From Octopus vulgaris (Eukaryota): a stretch of 64,000 bases of DNA. Positions 42,458-54,757 of the stretch are shown here, piece by piece. Below the pieces are notes generated by a model that searched no databases, was not told the DNA's origin, and saw nothing but the letters and a program-made list of their open reading frames with translations. The position numbers and the translations under genes are program-made. Each line of letters opens with the position of its first letter. Positions within the stretch are counted from its first letter, which is position 1. Where the stretch lies: contig OX597822.1 in assembly GCA_951406725.2 (NCBI GenBank), positions 98,704,001 through 98,768,000 of the forward strand. Direction: 5' to 3'.

Positions 42458-42458
42458 G

Positions 42459-42767
<309 letters not shown>

Positions 42768-42810
42768 CATTTCTAAATATCTCAGAGAGATTTATGCAGT
42801 AGTGGTACGA

Positions 42811-43164
42811 TAAAGTAGTTGTATACTGTCAACTTAATGTGACAGTCCCATGAAGGGAATCATACTACTGCTATTTAGCCCTAGGAAGCAGCCACGCTTC
42901 CTGTCGGCCTTAACACATTTCCTGTGTCCTTATATTTGCAAGGGGGAGATAAGCACCTCCACCCAGCTAAGACTGAAACCACAGACTAGTTTCTGAGTCT
43001 TTGCTCGTCATCAGTCTTATCTCCCCTTTGCAAACATAAGGACACAGGAAAAGTGGAAATGTGTCAAGGCTGACAGGAAGCGTTGCTGCTTCCTCGGGCT
43101 TAATAGCAGTAGTATGATTCCCTTCATGGGACTGTCACATTAAGTTGCCAATATACAACTACTT

Positions 43165-43166
<2 letters not shown>
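42811..43166. mobile_element. Hairpin element with ~145-bp imperfect inverted arms (inverted pLTR-like or MITE)
   Basis: Arm 42811-42953 versus reverse complement 43016-43166; spacer carries minus-strand CTGATGA...GAAAC; a third partial arm at ~43491-43548. Confidence 0.75.
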
Positions 43167-43225
<59 letters not shown>

Positions 43226-43547
43226 GTAAAAGAATACAAACTGGGACAAGAACGTGAGACATTTAGAAGACGATACAAGAAACACGGACGGGACATTCGA
43301 AGCCTTCAATCTTCAGTCAAGAACCGGATCATCTTCGCAATTTCGGCTGATTAATCTTGAGATCGCTCCGATCCGGCCAGCCCCAAGGAAAAACTAAGCT
43401 ACGAGCATTAGATTTCTTGGAAGAAGGATCGAATGTATACGAAACAGGATATGCGATTGTATAGATGTATATGTGTGCAGGGTTAATATAGTAGTATCAT
43501 TCCCTTCATGGGACTGTCACATTAAGTTGCCAATATACAACTACTTC

Positions 43548-43603
<56 letters not shown>

Positions 43604-44099
43604 GTAAAAAAATACAAACTGGGACAAGAACGTGAAACATTTAGAAGAAGATACAAAAAACACAAAAAATATGTGTGTGTGTGTGTGTTTGTGTGTGTGT
43701 GTTTGTGTGTGTGTGTTTGTGCCTGTGCATATGGTATGTGTGTATATATATACGTGTGTGCGTCTGTATGTGTGTGTATGAATGTGTGTGCGTCTGTATA
43801 TATGTTTGTTTAGGTGCGTGAAAAGACGATGACAGTTTTATTACTTCCTGCTGCGCTGAGTTTTCCATTGTTATATCTCATTTAACTGTCAAGACATCTT
43901 CCCGGTTTTAATAACCCAAAGGACATATCTTCACTAAAACCTGTTGTGTTTCTTGCGCGTCCTCATGCATAATTTTGCTTATAAACTTAATTCAGACAAC
44001 TGTTTTTAAACTGTTTAACGTATTGATTTCTCTCATTCCCGTTATAGCCACTTTTAATTTCTCTATAAATTCGAAGACTATTTGTTGAAATCCGGCGAG

Positions 44100-44332
44100 A
44101 AGGCGGCGAGCTGGCAGAAACGTTAGCACACCGGGCGAAATGCGTAGCCGTATTTCGTCTGCCGTTACGTTCTGAGTTCAAATTCCGCCGAGGTCGACTT
44201 TGCCTTTCATCCTTTCGGGGTCGATAAATTAAGTACCAGTTACGCACTGGGGTCGATGTAATCGACTTAATCCGTTTGTCTGTCCTTGTTTATCCCCTCT
44301 GCGTTTAGCCCCTTGTGGGTAGTAAAGAAATA
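44100..44332 (+). mobile_element. SINE family A with 15-bp TSD
   Basis: TATTTGTTGAAATCC (44079-44093) / TATTTGTTTAAATCC (44333-44347). Confidence 0.9.
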
Positions 44333-44629
44333 TATTTGTTTAAATCCACTATGTTGGTTGGATTCTTCACCATCAAGATATTAATATACCTGTTTATACC
44401 TGATGGTGGATTATATACTGTGATGTAATATATGAATACCTCAATAAAATTCTATCGAAACAGCTGTCGTATATTTTAAACCCCATTTCTGTTCTTTATT
44501 ATATGCACATACATATATGTGTGTGCGGCGTGTGTGTGCGTGCGCACGTGTGTATGTGTTTGTGTGTGTACATATATATATATATATGTATGTATGTATA
44601 TTTATATATTTATGCACATACATACATAG

Positions 44630-44800
44630 GTACAAGGTCTCATGAATAACTATCTTGACTGATGCTATAAAAATCAAACCTACAAAACGTACCGATTTGG
44701 CATTTAATCTGCTTCACAGTAGTCGCCTTCGGAAGTCACGCACTTAATCCAGTGCTGTTTCCATTGATGGAAGCATTCCTGGAACTCGTTTTCTGAGATA
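44630..44800 (-). mobile_element. Mariner 3' end remnant
   Basis: Minus strand ISENEFQECFHQWKQHWIKCVTSEGDYCEAD*, a typical mariner transposase C-terminus, followed by a TIR-like end. Confidence 0.7.
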
Positions 44801-44824
44801 TTCATGATGAAAAATTGTATTACA

Positions 44825-45848
44825 TCTATATATATAAAACTCTAGTTGTGTGAGTGTCTGTCCCCTTCGATTTAGATTCCTAACTCCTCCCACATTTTGC
44901 GGTGCAGTTTAACCAAATTCGGGTATCTTATAGTCGTGATTCATATCGAGCCCGTCTGACTATTAGCGCGCGTCAACGATGAGTCTACGATTTTAAAAAT
45001 AATTTAACATCATTTTTTATTCCATTTTAATGCATAAAATGCATCGTGTGTCGATGGTGGCGGAGTTGGCGTCCATGGTCACAGCTGCACCTGTTTGCTT
45101 CTCCCCCTTCCCTCCTTCGTGAAGCTGTGGGGAAGGGAGTGTAAAGAAATCAACGTCGTAATGCGTTGTGAAGGAAACCAGCGTTCTTTTAGAACAACGA
45201 CTTCATGGCTTGAAGACACCAAAACAAAAATGGCTAAGAAAGCCCGAATTTATAAGGGAAGTAACTCTCTAAAAATGCTTATATAGTTATTTCCCTTACA
45301 AACCCGAGCAACGCCGGGCGATACTGCTAGTATCTATATATATATAAAACTGTAGTTGTGTGAGTGTCTGTCCCCTTCGATTTAGATTCCTAACTACTCC
45401 CACATTTTGCGGTGCAGTTTATCCAAATTCGGGTATCTTATAGTCGTGATTCATATCGAGCCCGTCTGAGTATTAGCGCGCGTCTACAATGAGTCTACGA
45501 TTTTAAAAATAATTTAACATCATTTTTTTATTCCATTTTAATGCATAATTTTTCGTGTGTCGATGGCGGCGGAGTTGGCGTCCATGGTCACACCTGCACC
45601 TGTTTGCTTCTCCCCCTTCTTCCCTCCCTCATGAAGCTGTGGGGAAGGGAGTGTAAGGAAATCAACGTCGTGAAGCGTTGTCAAGGAGACCAGCGTTCTT
45701 CTAGAACAACGACTTCATGGCTTGAAGACACCAAAACAGAAATGGCTAAGAAAGCCCGAATTGGCATCTATAAGGGAAGTAACTCTCTAAAAATGCTTAT
45801 ATAGTTATTTCCCTTACAAACCCGAGCAACGCCGGGCGATACTGCTAG
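44825..45848 (+). mobile_element. Head-to-tail dimer of a ~510-bp non-autonomous Helitron
   Basis: Each unit starts TC(TA)n (44825, 45333) and ends with hairpin CCCGAGCAACGCCGGG then CTAG (45330, 45848); flanked 5'-A and T-3', no TSD. Confidence 0.85.
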
Positions 45849-46246
45849 TTATATATGAAGTAAAGATTTTAAAAAGGCATCTGTCGCGAGAATGATGACA
45901 GAATAAATTTACTTAGCTACTTCTTTAAATTACACTAACAGGCTGAGAATAGCATGACATAAGTTCATGAAGAATGAACAATGCAAATAGCAATGCAGAA
46001 GTGAGTGACAAGGTCCCATGTGACAACTAAGTCTCACTAAATAGTTTCCCAAAAATCTTGGTTTAGATAACTTCCGTAAACCCGATTCTAGACGCCTTTC
46101 TCCGTTAAAAAGAATATCTCCACCGAGACTAGAATCGGTGTATGAACAATAAAATTGACAACTGAGAAAGCGTAAGACATTTATAAACAATAGACAACCG
46201 ACACGACTATTACGTCATGCTACTGCTGCTAAAATCTATAACTGCT

Positions 46247-46305
<59 letters not shown>

Positions 46306-46365
46306 GCCAAGATACATCGTTAGTCACTACACACATTTTTTTCTCTCCTTGTTTTTTCTGTGTCC

Positions 46366-46401
46366 CTTTCTGTAGAAGAGCGTAGGCTCGAAACGTAAAA
46401 G
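46366..46401 (+). ncRNA. Minimal hammerhead-like motif (CUGUAGA core), second copy
   Basis: CTTT-CTGTAGA-A-GAGC(GTAG)GCTC-GAA-ACGT-A-AAAG within a ~190-bp repeat (46302-46492) between TA tracts. Confidence 0.55.
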
Positions 46402-46505
46402 ACCTTTTCTATTCCTGAGCCTTATACTAATACATCTGTTTGCTTTGTACACCACTTGTCTTTGTCTTTTTTTTTTTTTTTGTAAACTCTCCCTAAGCGA
46501 GCAGG

Positions 46506-46579
<74 letters not shown>

Positions 46580-47349
46580 CTGCTCGCTTAGCCAGCGGGG
46601 TGGCGTCATTTCAAGGCTTAAAACAATGCGAAGCGCATTGTGACCAGCGATGTGTAGCAATATCTGATAACCTGGTCGGTCACGGTGATCACGGTGATAT
46701 ATATATATGTGTGTGTGTGTGTGTGTTTTTATGTATGTATCTTTGTTTTTATGTATGTATGTATGTATATATACTTATGTAACGAATATAAATATACTTA
46801 TGGTTCCTACACCAAGTTAGACTATGTAGGCTACTGTCGTCTGCTTTATCCAAACCCTTCTACTCATATATCCCTGTCCATCTCTGTTTAACATTTTTTT
46901 CTATATTTTGTCTTCCAGCGCCTATTTCTATTTTCACCTCGATTTTCATACTACTTTTTACTTGTAGAGGTATTTCTCAGACATTTTGTTGTTTTATTTT
47001 CATCCCATTCTTTATTTCTCATATATTCTCGTGAATTGCGCCTCAGTTATGAATTTTGTTTTTAATAGTTCGCTGTCGTGTTTATGTAAAAAGTAAAAGA
47101 AAATGTGTTTCTGTTTTCAATATCCCAGACAGTAGAAATGACTGGAGGTTAATTTAAGCTGAGTATATTATGTTTAAGAGACATTACTAGAACGATTTTT
47201 CAGTACACTCATACATATAAATAGATTATGAACTTAGCTATAATATATATACTTTCATATGATTAATGTTTCTTTATCTGCATATAAATACCCACAGTAT
47301 ATATAACTTGTCTTTGTAATGGCTCCTTTAACACCATGATAATGATCGG

Positions 47350-47419
<70 letters not shown>

Positions 47420-47435
47420 CATTATTATTATTATT

Positions 47436-47570
47436 AGTTTTATTTTTATAGCGTGCTTTCACTTCACTACCGAGCGCAGCTCTGTGTGCCTTGGGTATGC
47501 GCTGTGATTTGTTGTGATGCTCTGATGGTTATTGTATGGAAAGTGTTCTGCGTAGGATGTGTGCAGTGCC
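47436..47570 (-). mobile_element. Short duplicate of the R4/Dong 3' end
   Basis: Essentially identical to 47846-47980, including the TATGCGCTG variant; preceded by (TTA)n. Confidence 0.85.
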
Positions 47571-47840
47571 TTGGTACAGTCTTCTCTGATCATGCATTCT
47601 ATTGACACTATTGTTGTGGTCTTTATTCAAACCTTTGCAGCTTGGAAGTTTCAGCTTCCATCCTTATTTATACTCCTCAATAACGACATTCATATATTTC
47701 TTCAGTATATTATACTTTTCTATTTCAAGATATTTATACTTCTTTTTTATCACTCCTCTCATTTTACGTTCTAATATATTAATGTTTTCTTAATTCGTTG
47801 ATATTATTATTATTATTATTGTTATTATTATTATTATTAT

Positions 47841-49134
47841 TCAGTAGTTTTATTTTTATAGCGTGCTTTCACTTCACTACCGAGCGCAGCTCTGTGTGCC
47901 TTGGGTATGCGCTGTGATTTGTTGTGATGCTCTGATGGTTATTGTATGGAAAGTGTTCTGCGTAGGATGTGTGCAGTGCCTAGTAGTGCAATTTTATGTA
48001 TGTTATATGGGTTTGTAAGTCCTGGTGTTTTTGTTATGTATTTGTCTGAATATTTTTTTATCATGCCTAATGCACCTACTATGATAGGAATTGTTTCTGT
48101 TTTCAGATTCCACATTCTAGTTACCTCTATTTCCAGGTCTTTGTATTTTGAGAGTTTCTCCATTTCTTTTAGAGACACGTTGTCATCTGCTGGTATTGAT
48201 ACATCAATTAGAAAGCATTTTTTTTCTTCATGATCTCTGACAACTATATCTGGTCTGTTGGCCTTAATTTCTCTATCTGTGTGTATCGGCATATCCCAGA
48301 GTATGGTTGCTTTCTCGTTTTCTGTGACCTTTTCTGGTGTGTGCCTATACCATCTTTTTTCTGTTGTTATTCCATAATGTTGGCATAGCTTCCAATGTAT
48401 GTAGGTTCCAACTCTGTCATGTCTGTGAATATATTCCTTCTTAGCCAGGACTGGGCAGCTAGAGATAATATGATTTATTGTTTCTTGTCCATCTCCACAT
48501 ATTCTGCAGTTACTTGTAATATTTCTTTTCATTACATGTTTTTGGTAATTTCTGGTGGGGAGGCTTTGGTCTTGTGCTGCAATTAAAAATCCCTCTGTTT
48601 CTGCTTTGAGACCTGAGCTTCTCAACCATTGCTGGGATTTTTCTTTGTCTATTTCTTTTGCGTTTAGTTTAGTGCAGTATTTACCATGAAGGGGTTTTTC
48701 TTGCCATCGTTTTATCATGGCTCGTTGCTGTTCTATTTTTAGTTCGGATTTCCTTTGTTTTATAGCTTTTGTTGTTTCTTCATCATCTTCTTCTTCTTCT
48801 TTGTGTTTATTAGGTGGTATGATTTCTTGTTTGTATTTGTCAGCTTCCTTAAATACTGAGAACAGTTTTTGGTTTTGCTCGTGTTTTGCTGCTATCTGGA
48901 TCAGTTTTCCTTCCTTCTGAAGTAGGTATTTTTGTAGTCCTATGGTGGTTATTTTATAGTAGTTTTCCAGCTGTATAAGGCCTCTACCACCTTCTATACG
49001 TTGTATATATAGTCTTTCTATGTCAGATTTTGGGTGATGCATCCTAGATCCTGTCAGTATTTTTCTTGTTTTCCTATCTATTTTGGACAGTTCATTTCGT
49101 GTCCAGTTAAGGATATTGTAGCTGTAACTTATAA
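47841..49134 (-). mobile_element. Young 5'-truncated R4/Dong-like retrotransposon flanked by (TAA)n
   Basis: Uninterrupted frame from the 5' junction (VISYSYNILNW...) to the stop at 47939; both ends abut (TTA)n. Confidence 0.93.
47939..49042 (-). CDS. Retrotransposon ORF C-terminus: RT thumb, CCHC zinc knuckle, restriction-like endonuclease
   Basis: RLY...GGRGL, CRICGDGQETINHIISSC, RHD, NRPDIVV...LIDVSIP, KLSKY motifs of REL-type non-LTR elements. Confidence 0.9.
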   Translation of the reverse strand: MHHPKSDIERLYIQRIEGGRGLIQLENYYKITTIGLQKYLLQKEGKLIQIAAKHEQNQKLFSVFKEADKYKQEIIPPNKHKEEEEDDEETTKAIKQRKSELKIEQQRAMIKRWQEKPLHGKYCTKLNAKEIDKEKSQQWLRSSGLKAETEGFLIAAQDQSLPTRNYQKHVMKRNITSNCRICGDGQETINHIISSCPVLAKKEYIHRHDRVGTYIHWKLCQHYGITTEKRWYRHTPEKVTENEKATILWDMPIHTDREIKANRPDIVVRDHEEKKCFLIDVSIPADDNVSLKEMEKLSKYKDLEIEVTRMWNLKTETIPIIVGALGMIKKYSDKYITKTPGLTNPYNIHKIALLGTAHILRRTLSIQ

Positions 49135-49171
49135 CTTATTATTATTAATATTATTATTATTATTATTATTA

Positions 49172-49226
<55 letters not shown>

Positions 49227-49248
49227 CATTATTATTATTATTATTATT

Positions 49249-49803
49249 GAGTGAGCGAGCAGAGCATGCCATCAAAGTGACACTGGGGTAAAATATACGA
49301 AGCCCAGTATACCCATCATGACTACCCGTCTGATAAGGGTACACCAGGCACATGCATCACAACCATATGTGCGCGACATGGTAATCTCATATCAAGATAA
49401 ACAGCACATGACCTTGCAGGTGGAGCCCAGTTAGAATTTTCTTCAGATCGAGTAACCCATCCTGCTCAAAAGGTCCCTGAATAAGGGTTGTTTAAGGACG
49501 TTGAACGAAACACCCATGTTTCCAGAGGTGAATTATTCAAACCCCAAAGAATCCTTCTCAACACATGGCTATGATGCTCCCCCACTACTTCTGCTCGTGA
49601 TCAGAAATGCACATATCGTCAGCCTAGTGGACATGCTCAACTGGTTACGGTCAAACAACTGACAAGCAAATCTGTGGTATTGAGCAGAATATTTGCTGTA
49701 GCCCATCTTTTATACCAAGACAAAACAATGTACATGATGACACTTCCAATCAGTTAAGATCAGAAGCCATGAGAGCCACTGCCTGGTACTGCATCAGGGC
49801 ATT
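49249..49803 (-). mobile_element. Family E non-coding (TAA)n-embedded element, apparently full length (~555 bp)
   Basis: Bounded by (TTA)n on both sides; homologous pieces at 24871-25361, 36373-36510, 13787-13955, 57590-57775. Confidence 0.8.
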
Positions 49804-49817
49804 TATTATTATTATTA

Positions 49818-49881
<64 letters not shown>

Positions 49882-49919
49882 CATTATTACTATTATTATC
49901 GTTATTATTATTATTATTA

Positions 49920-50410
49920 TTCTATGTTTGACTTTTGCTTTATATTTGTACAAGTTGGCTCCAAGTCTCACCCAGAGACCTCAAGAGACAACAGGGTTGG
50001 AAGTTCATGTTGTTGTTATGCCTAGTGTGCCATATATTTGGGGGGTGGGGATGGTGGACTAATGAATGTCTAAAAAAAAAAGTTTGTTTTTTTTTTTTTT
50101 TTAAACCGAAAATTATGGTTGTTTTAAACCTTGAGGTTACATAGAGAGTATTTTGCGTAGGATATGAGCAGTTCCCATGAGCACTATCTTTTGAACTTCT
50201 GCCATTTTTGGGTTTCCTGGTATCTGAGTTAGGTAGCTATCAGCCCCTTTTGCTATCATTCCCAGGGCACCTATGACAACAGGTATTGTTTTAGTCTTCA
50301 GCTTCCACATTTTGCTGATTTCTATTTCAAGATCTTTATATTTGCTCATGCTGATTTCTATTTCAAGATCTTTATATTTGCTCATGCTGATTTCTATTTC
50401 AAGATCTTTA

Positions 50411-50414
<4 letters not shown>
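49920..50414 (-). mobile_element. R4/Dong-like 3' fragment (third subfamily) with a triplicated 36-bp unit at its 5' junction
   Basis: ORF 50137-50385 MSKYKDLEIEIS x2 then KMWKLKTKTIPVVIGALG...GTAHILRK; (TTA)n flanks. Confidence 0.85.
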
Positions 50415-50467
<53 letters not shown>

Positions 50468-50539
50468 GCCGATACTCCCTGTTTTACATGCTCATAATAA
50501 TTTTATACATATATATACATACGTACATCATACATATTT

Positions 50540-50640
50540 AGCAATATTTAATAAACATAAGGACTATTATAACCTTGGACTTAAGAAGGCAGGATATAAA
50601 TATGGAATTAAGTACAACGAAACCGACAACACAAAAATAA
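50540..50640 (+). mobile_element. Penelope-like RT thumb fragment
   Basis: IFNKHKDYYNLGLKKAGYKYGIKY resembles the PLE thumb C-terminal motif (YxxALxxxGY). Confidence 0.45.
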
Positions 50641-52458
50641 ATGATATTAGACATAATTACAAAAATAATAAAACTTAAAATCAGTGAACCTAATACTTAT
50701 AATGAAATAGTATATCTTAATAAACAAATAATGAAAACTCCCAATAACAGTCATAAACATAACAACAACAATAAACACGACCATCATCTCTCTATGTATA
50801 AATGGCAAAATGTCTGTGTGTGTATCCTTTATACAAATCCACAATTTTTCAGTTAGAGGGCTCGCTCTTTCTATGGTCATTCAAAACCGTCCAAGAGTTG
50901 TCGGGCACATGATGGTAGCCATCATACCTGGCTTAACAAATATACGGGCAATAGTCGACCATTTTATGTTATTTTCAAGAAGTTTGTACATGGTATGAGA
51001 TAGTACTATTACTTGTACAGGTCCACATTGTACAACATGACAGCCGTTAAATTGATCGAGGAGGCAAGTAAAATGAAGTATTTTGCTCAAGAACACAACA
51101 TACCACAGACTCCAGGAATTGGATCTAGCATCAAGGCTATGTGCGCTTATGAGCTCAGTCATAAAAAATAACAGAATAACAGCGGTTGCAATTTACTGTT
51201 ATATTTTGTTAAATAGTTTTTACGAAGCACTGTCAGAAGATAAAAATTAGATTCCCTTTCAAGCGAGACTGCGATACACTATTTTCTTTCACTAAAGTTA
51301 GCTGTTTCTTTTATGCGGCAAATGTCCTTCAAAATGCAGTAACATCAGGAACCATATATGCATACGTAATCTTTTGTTTCAATGATTCTATGACTCGAAA
51401 ATGTATACGCTACGCAAAACAATTCGAGAAATTGGTCTTAATTCCCCTGAATAGTCTTTAAATGTTCTATAATATGTAAAAGTAATTACCAAGCCGTTTT
51501 TGTTATGAGTAAAGCTAATTACAAGCCGTTCCACAAACAGGTGTTTTAGCAAATCAAAGTAACAATACTTACAGGCTATCAATTACATTTTAAATATAAA
51601 ACCTTTTAGTAGTTTCTCTGGTGAAAAATTAACTGCTGCAGTAATTAGTTAAAATATTTCCGTTGGCTTCTGTTCATTTGGTATTTAAACTGGTCAACCA
51701 ACGAAGGAATATTTAAGCGGTGACTCAACCTACTACACATAGTTATTAGTTCTACCTTAAATTACATCTTGTCGCCTTCACAAAATGAACTTTATTAGTT
51801 TCCTGAAAGTTAGAATAGTCGCGATTAGCTTGCTTTTCATCGTAGTTAAGGCTGATTTGTGGCTAATCAAAGACAGCAGAGCGTTTATACTTTAACTAAT
51901 AATGTAGTATATATGCGATATCTTGGAAATAAAACCTAGAGTTGTGTCAAAACACAACGTACTTCTTAACCATCGGACACATGTTTTAATGTAGTCCTAG
52001 GTACTTCGTTCCCTACAAACCAGACATAATTATCATTGATCACATCTCGAGACCATCCAAAAATATGTATGCCCAATCAGAAATAACCTCGTGCTAGACA
52101 TCAGCAACCCATTTATGCATAGATGAAGATGGCGAGATGGGGGAATCTTTAGCACGCCGGAAAAAAACACTTAGCTGATATATTCTGTTCTAAGTTTAAA
52201 TTTCGCCGAGGTCCACTTCACCTTTCATTCTTTCGAGGTCACTAAACTAAATACCAGCTGAATAATCCACTTACCTATTCTCCGAAACTAGTGAAGTTGT
52301 GAGAAACTTTAAAACCAATTATACATAGATGAATTAAAGCATCATTATTTAGAACTCTGCCCAACGCTAAAGAGACGAGACAAAATATCTGTTTTTTAAT
52401 TGGCCTCGCGTAGGTAGGACACGCACTCGTACACATGTATGTATGTATGTATGTATAT

Positions 52459-52557
<99 letters not shown>

Positions 52558-52626
52558 CACACACATATATATATTTATGCATATATGTATATACATACAT
52601 AAATATATATAGATAGCTAGATAGAT

Positions 52627-52717
<91 letters not shown>

Positions 52718-53461
52718 TTACGCCATTCACTTTCAATGAATATTGAACGGAGTTTGTGAATTATGACGGTTGATACCTCCCACTTCTAGTGCATTCCAAA
52801 TATTCTTGAAGCAAATTGCAATTGAATGGGGCCTAACTACAGTTCAATGAATGTATTGATGGGATTTATAGATGCTGCTGTAACCAATTTGTCACAAATC
52901 AATCATAATTCCTAGTTTATGTTAACAACTTAAATTTAATAGTCATCTAAGTTTCTAACTTTGGCGGAAGACTACACATTTTGAGAACAAGATGAAGTAT
53001 TAAATCCATAACATTTTTGTTATTATAATAGCGTCAAAGTTTTATTGGATACTAGCTGATGGTGACGGAATATAACGGTAATTGTTTACAGCTTTAGTAT
53101 AGGTCAGCTATTTCGAAGACACTCCGTCGATTAAATACACTTAAGTATAATTCCAGTTCTAATAGTTCGCTGAGGCTTAAACGCATTTGAAATAATGTAT
53201 GTTTGGGAATTTCACATGATAGTAATAATGTATTTTATATAATGATGATAATAATAAAAATAATAACGGTTTCAAATTTTAGCACATGGTCGGTAATTTC
53301 GTGGACGGGTGTAAGTCGATTATATCGCCAACAGTGCGTAGGTAGAATTTATTTTATCGAAACAAAAAGAAGATACAGATTTACTTGAATATGTGCCAAA
53401 TAAAGTACAAAGTGGCTTAGATATGAATGGACCTACTAAGAGGTCCCATTCATATACATAC

Positions 53462-53555
<94 letters not shown>

Positions 53556-53708
53556 CGTTGGTTTGTGAAAGCAACGTGGTTGAATATATAGAAAATAGTA
53601 AAAAGTGAAAAAACTACAGAAGGCTTAAATGTTAAAAAATATATATTTGCGTAAATATGTCTGAAAAATATTAAAAAATCTTTTTTCTCTTATAATGACA
53701 TAATTTAG

Positions 53709-53747
53709 AAGAAAGACCGGTTTCGCGTTTAGCTTTTCAAATTTCTT
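53709..53747 (-). ncRNA. Minimal hammerhead ribozyme (U3-A8 variant) in the 3' pLTR
   Basis: Reverse complement AAGAAA-T-TTGAAAA-GC(TAAAC)GC-GAA-ACCGGT-C-TTTCTT. Confidence 0.65.
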
Positions 53748-54587
53748 GCGACGTTATGTTTATGTTGAACAGGGTTATCGTTATGTTTATGTTCAAAAGT
53801 GTTCTAAATAAGGGGAGGTAATGAGTGATTTCTTCCGGTGTAAGGGAGATAATCGCTTAAAAAATTTTTCCTTTCCCTTGGTGTGAATTTCTCTGTATCA
53901 GTATGTTGGGATGGTTAAGTCTGGGCTTGTACTTTTCAATGAAGAATGTTTCCTTGTTTAGTCTAATTTGTGTTGGTGATCCGATAGCACATTGGTAAAA
54001 TGGAAAGATTAAAAATTGTGGTAGTAGTTGCTTTGCGCATTTCTCAATGTGCTCACTAAAAGGTATCATTCTGTATTCTGGGAATGCAATCTGTTGTCGA
54101 TGCAGTGTGCATCTGCGTCTGAGTGATAGTCCCGTGGATCCCACGTAGTCTTGGTGGCAGCCCGAGCATTTTATGACATAAATTATGTTTTCAGAGGCAC
54201 AAGTAAAAGTTAGATTTGATCTTGAATTTCTGTCCCTCTTTAAAGAGGAATTCTGATCCTTCTAGCAGGTTTGGACATGTTGCACAGTTCGATCTACCAC
54301 ATTTTTTTACTTTTGCATCCGTAATATCAGAAGACAATTTTGCCTTTGTGAGAATCTCTTTAAGTGATTTAGGTTGTTTGTAGCTTTTAATGATTTGGTG
54401 TATGTTTAGAATTTCCTTAACCATCCCAACATACTGATACAGAGAAATTCACACCAAGGGAAAGGAAAAAATGTTTAAGCGATTATCTCCCTTACACCGA
54501 AAGAAATCACTCATTACCTCCCCTTATTTAGAACTCTTTTGAACATAAACATAACGATAACCCTGTTCAACATAAACATAACGTCGC

Positions 54588-54626
54588 AAGAAATTTGAAA
54601 AGCTAAACGCGAAACCGGTCTTTCTT
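54588..54626 (+). ncRNA. Minimal hammerhead ribozyme (U3-A8 variant) in the inverted pLTR
   Basis: AAGAAA-T-TTGAAAA-GC(TAAAC)GC-GAA-ACCGGT-C-TTTCTT: stem I AAGAAA/TTTCTT, GUC cleavage triplet, palindromic stem III. Confidence 0.65.
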
Positions 54627-54757
54627 CTAAATTATGTCATTATAAGAGAAAAAAGATTTTTTAATATTCTTCAAAATTTTTTTTATATTCTTCAGACATA
54701 TTGACGCAAATATATATTTTTTAACATTTAAGCCTTCTGTAGTTTTTTCACTTTTTA

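Noticed and set aside
43290-43365. Two further hammerhead-like strings on the minus strand (CTGAAGA...GAAT; CTCAAGA...GAAA)
   Set aside because: Stems I and II do not pair convincingly and core positions are broken.
49740-49803. HDV-like ribozyme at the 5' end of family E
   Set aside because: A small P3-like hairpin is visible but I could not find P1/P2 pairings.
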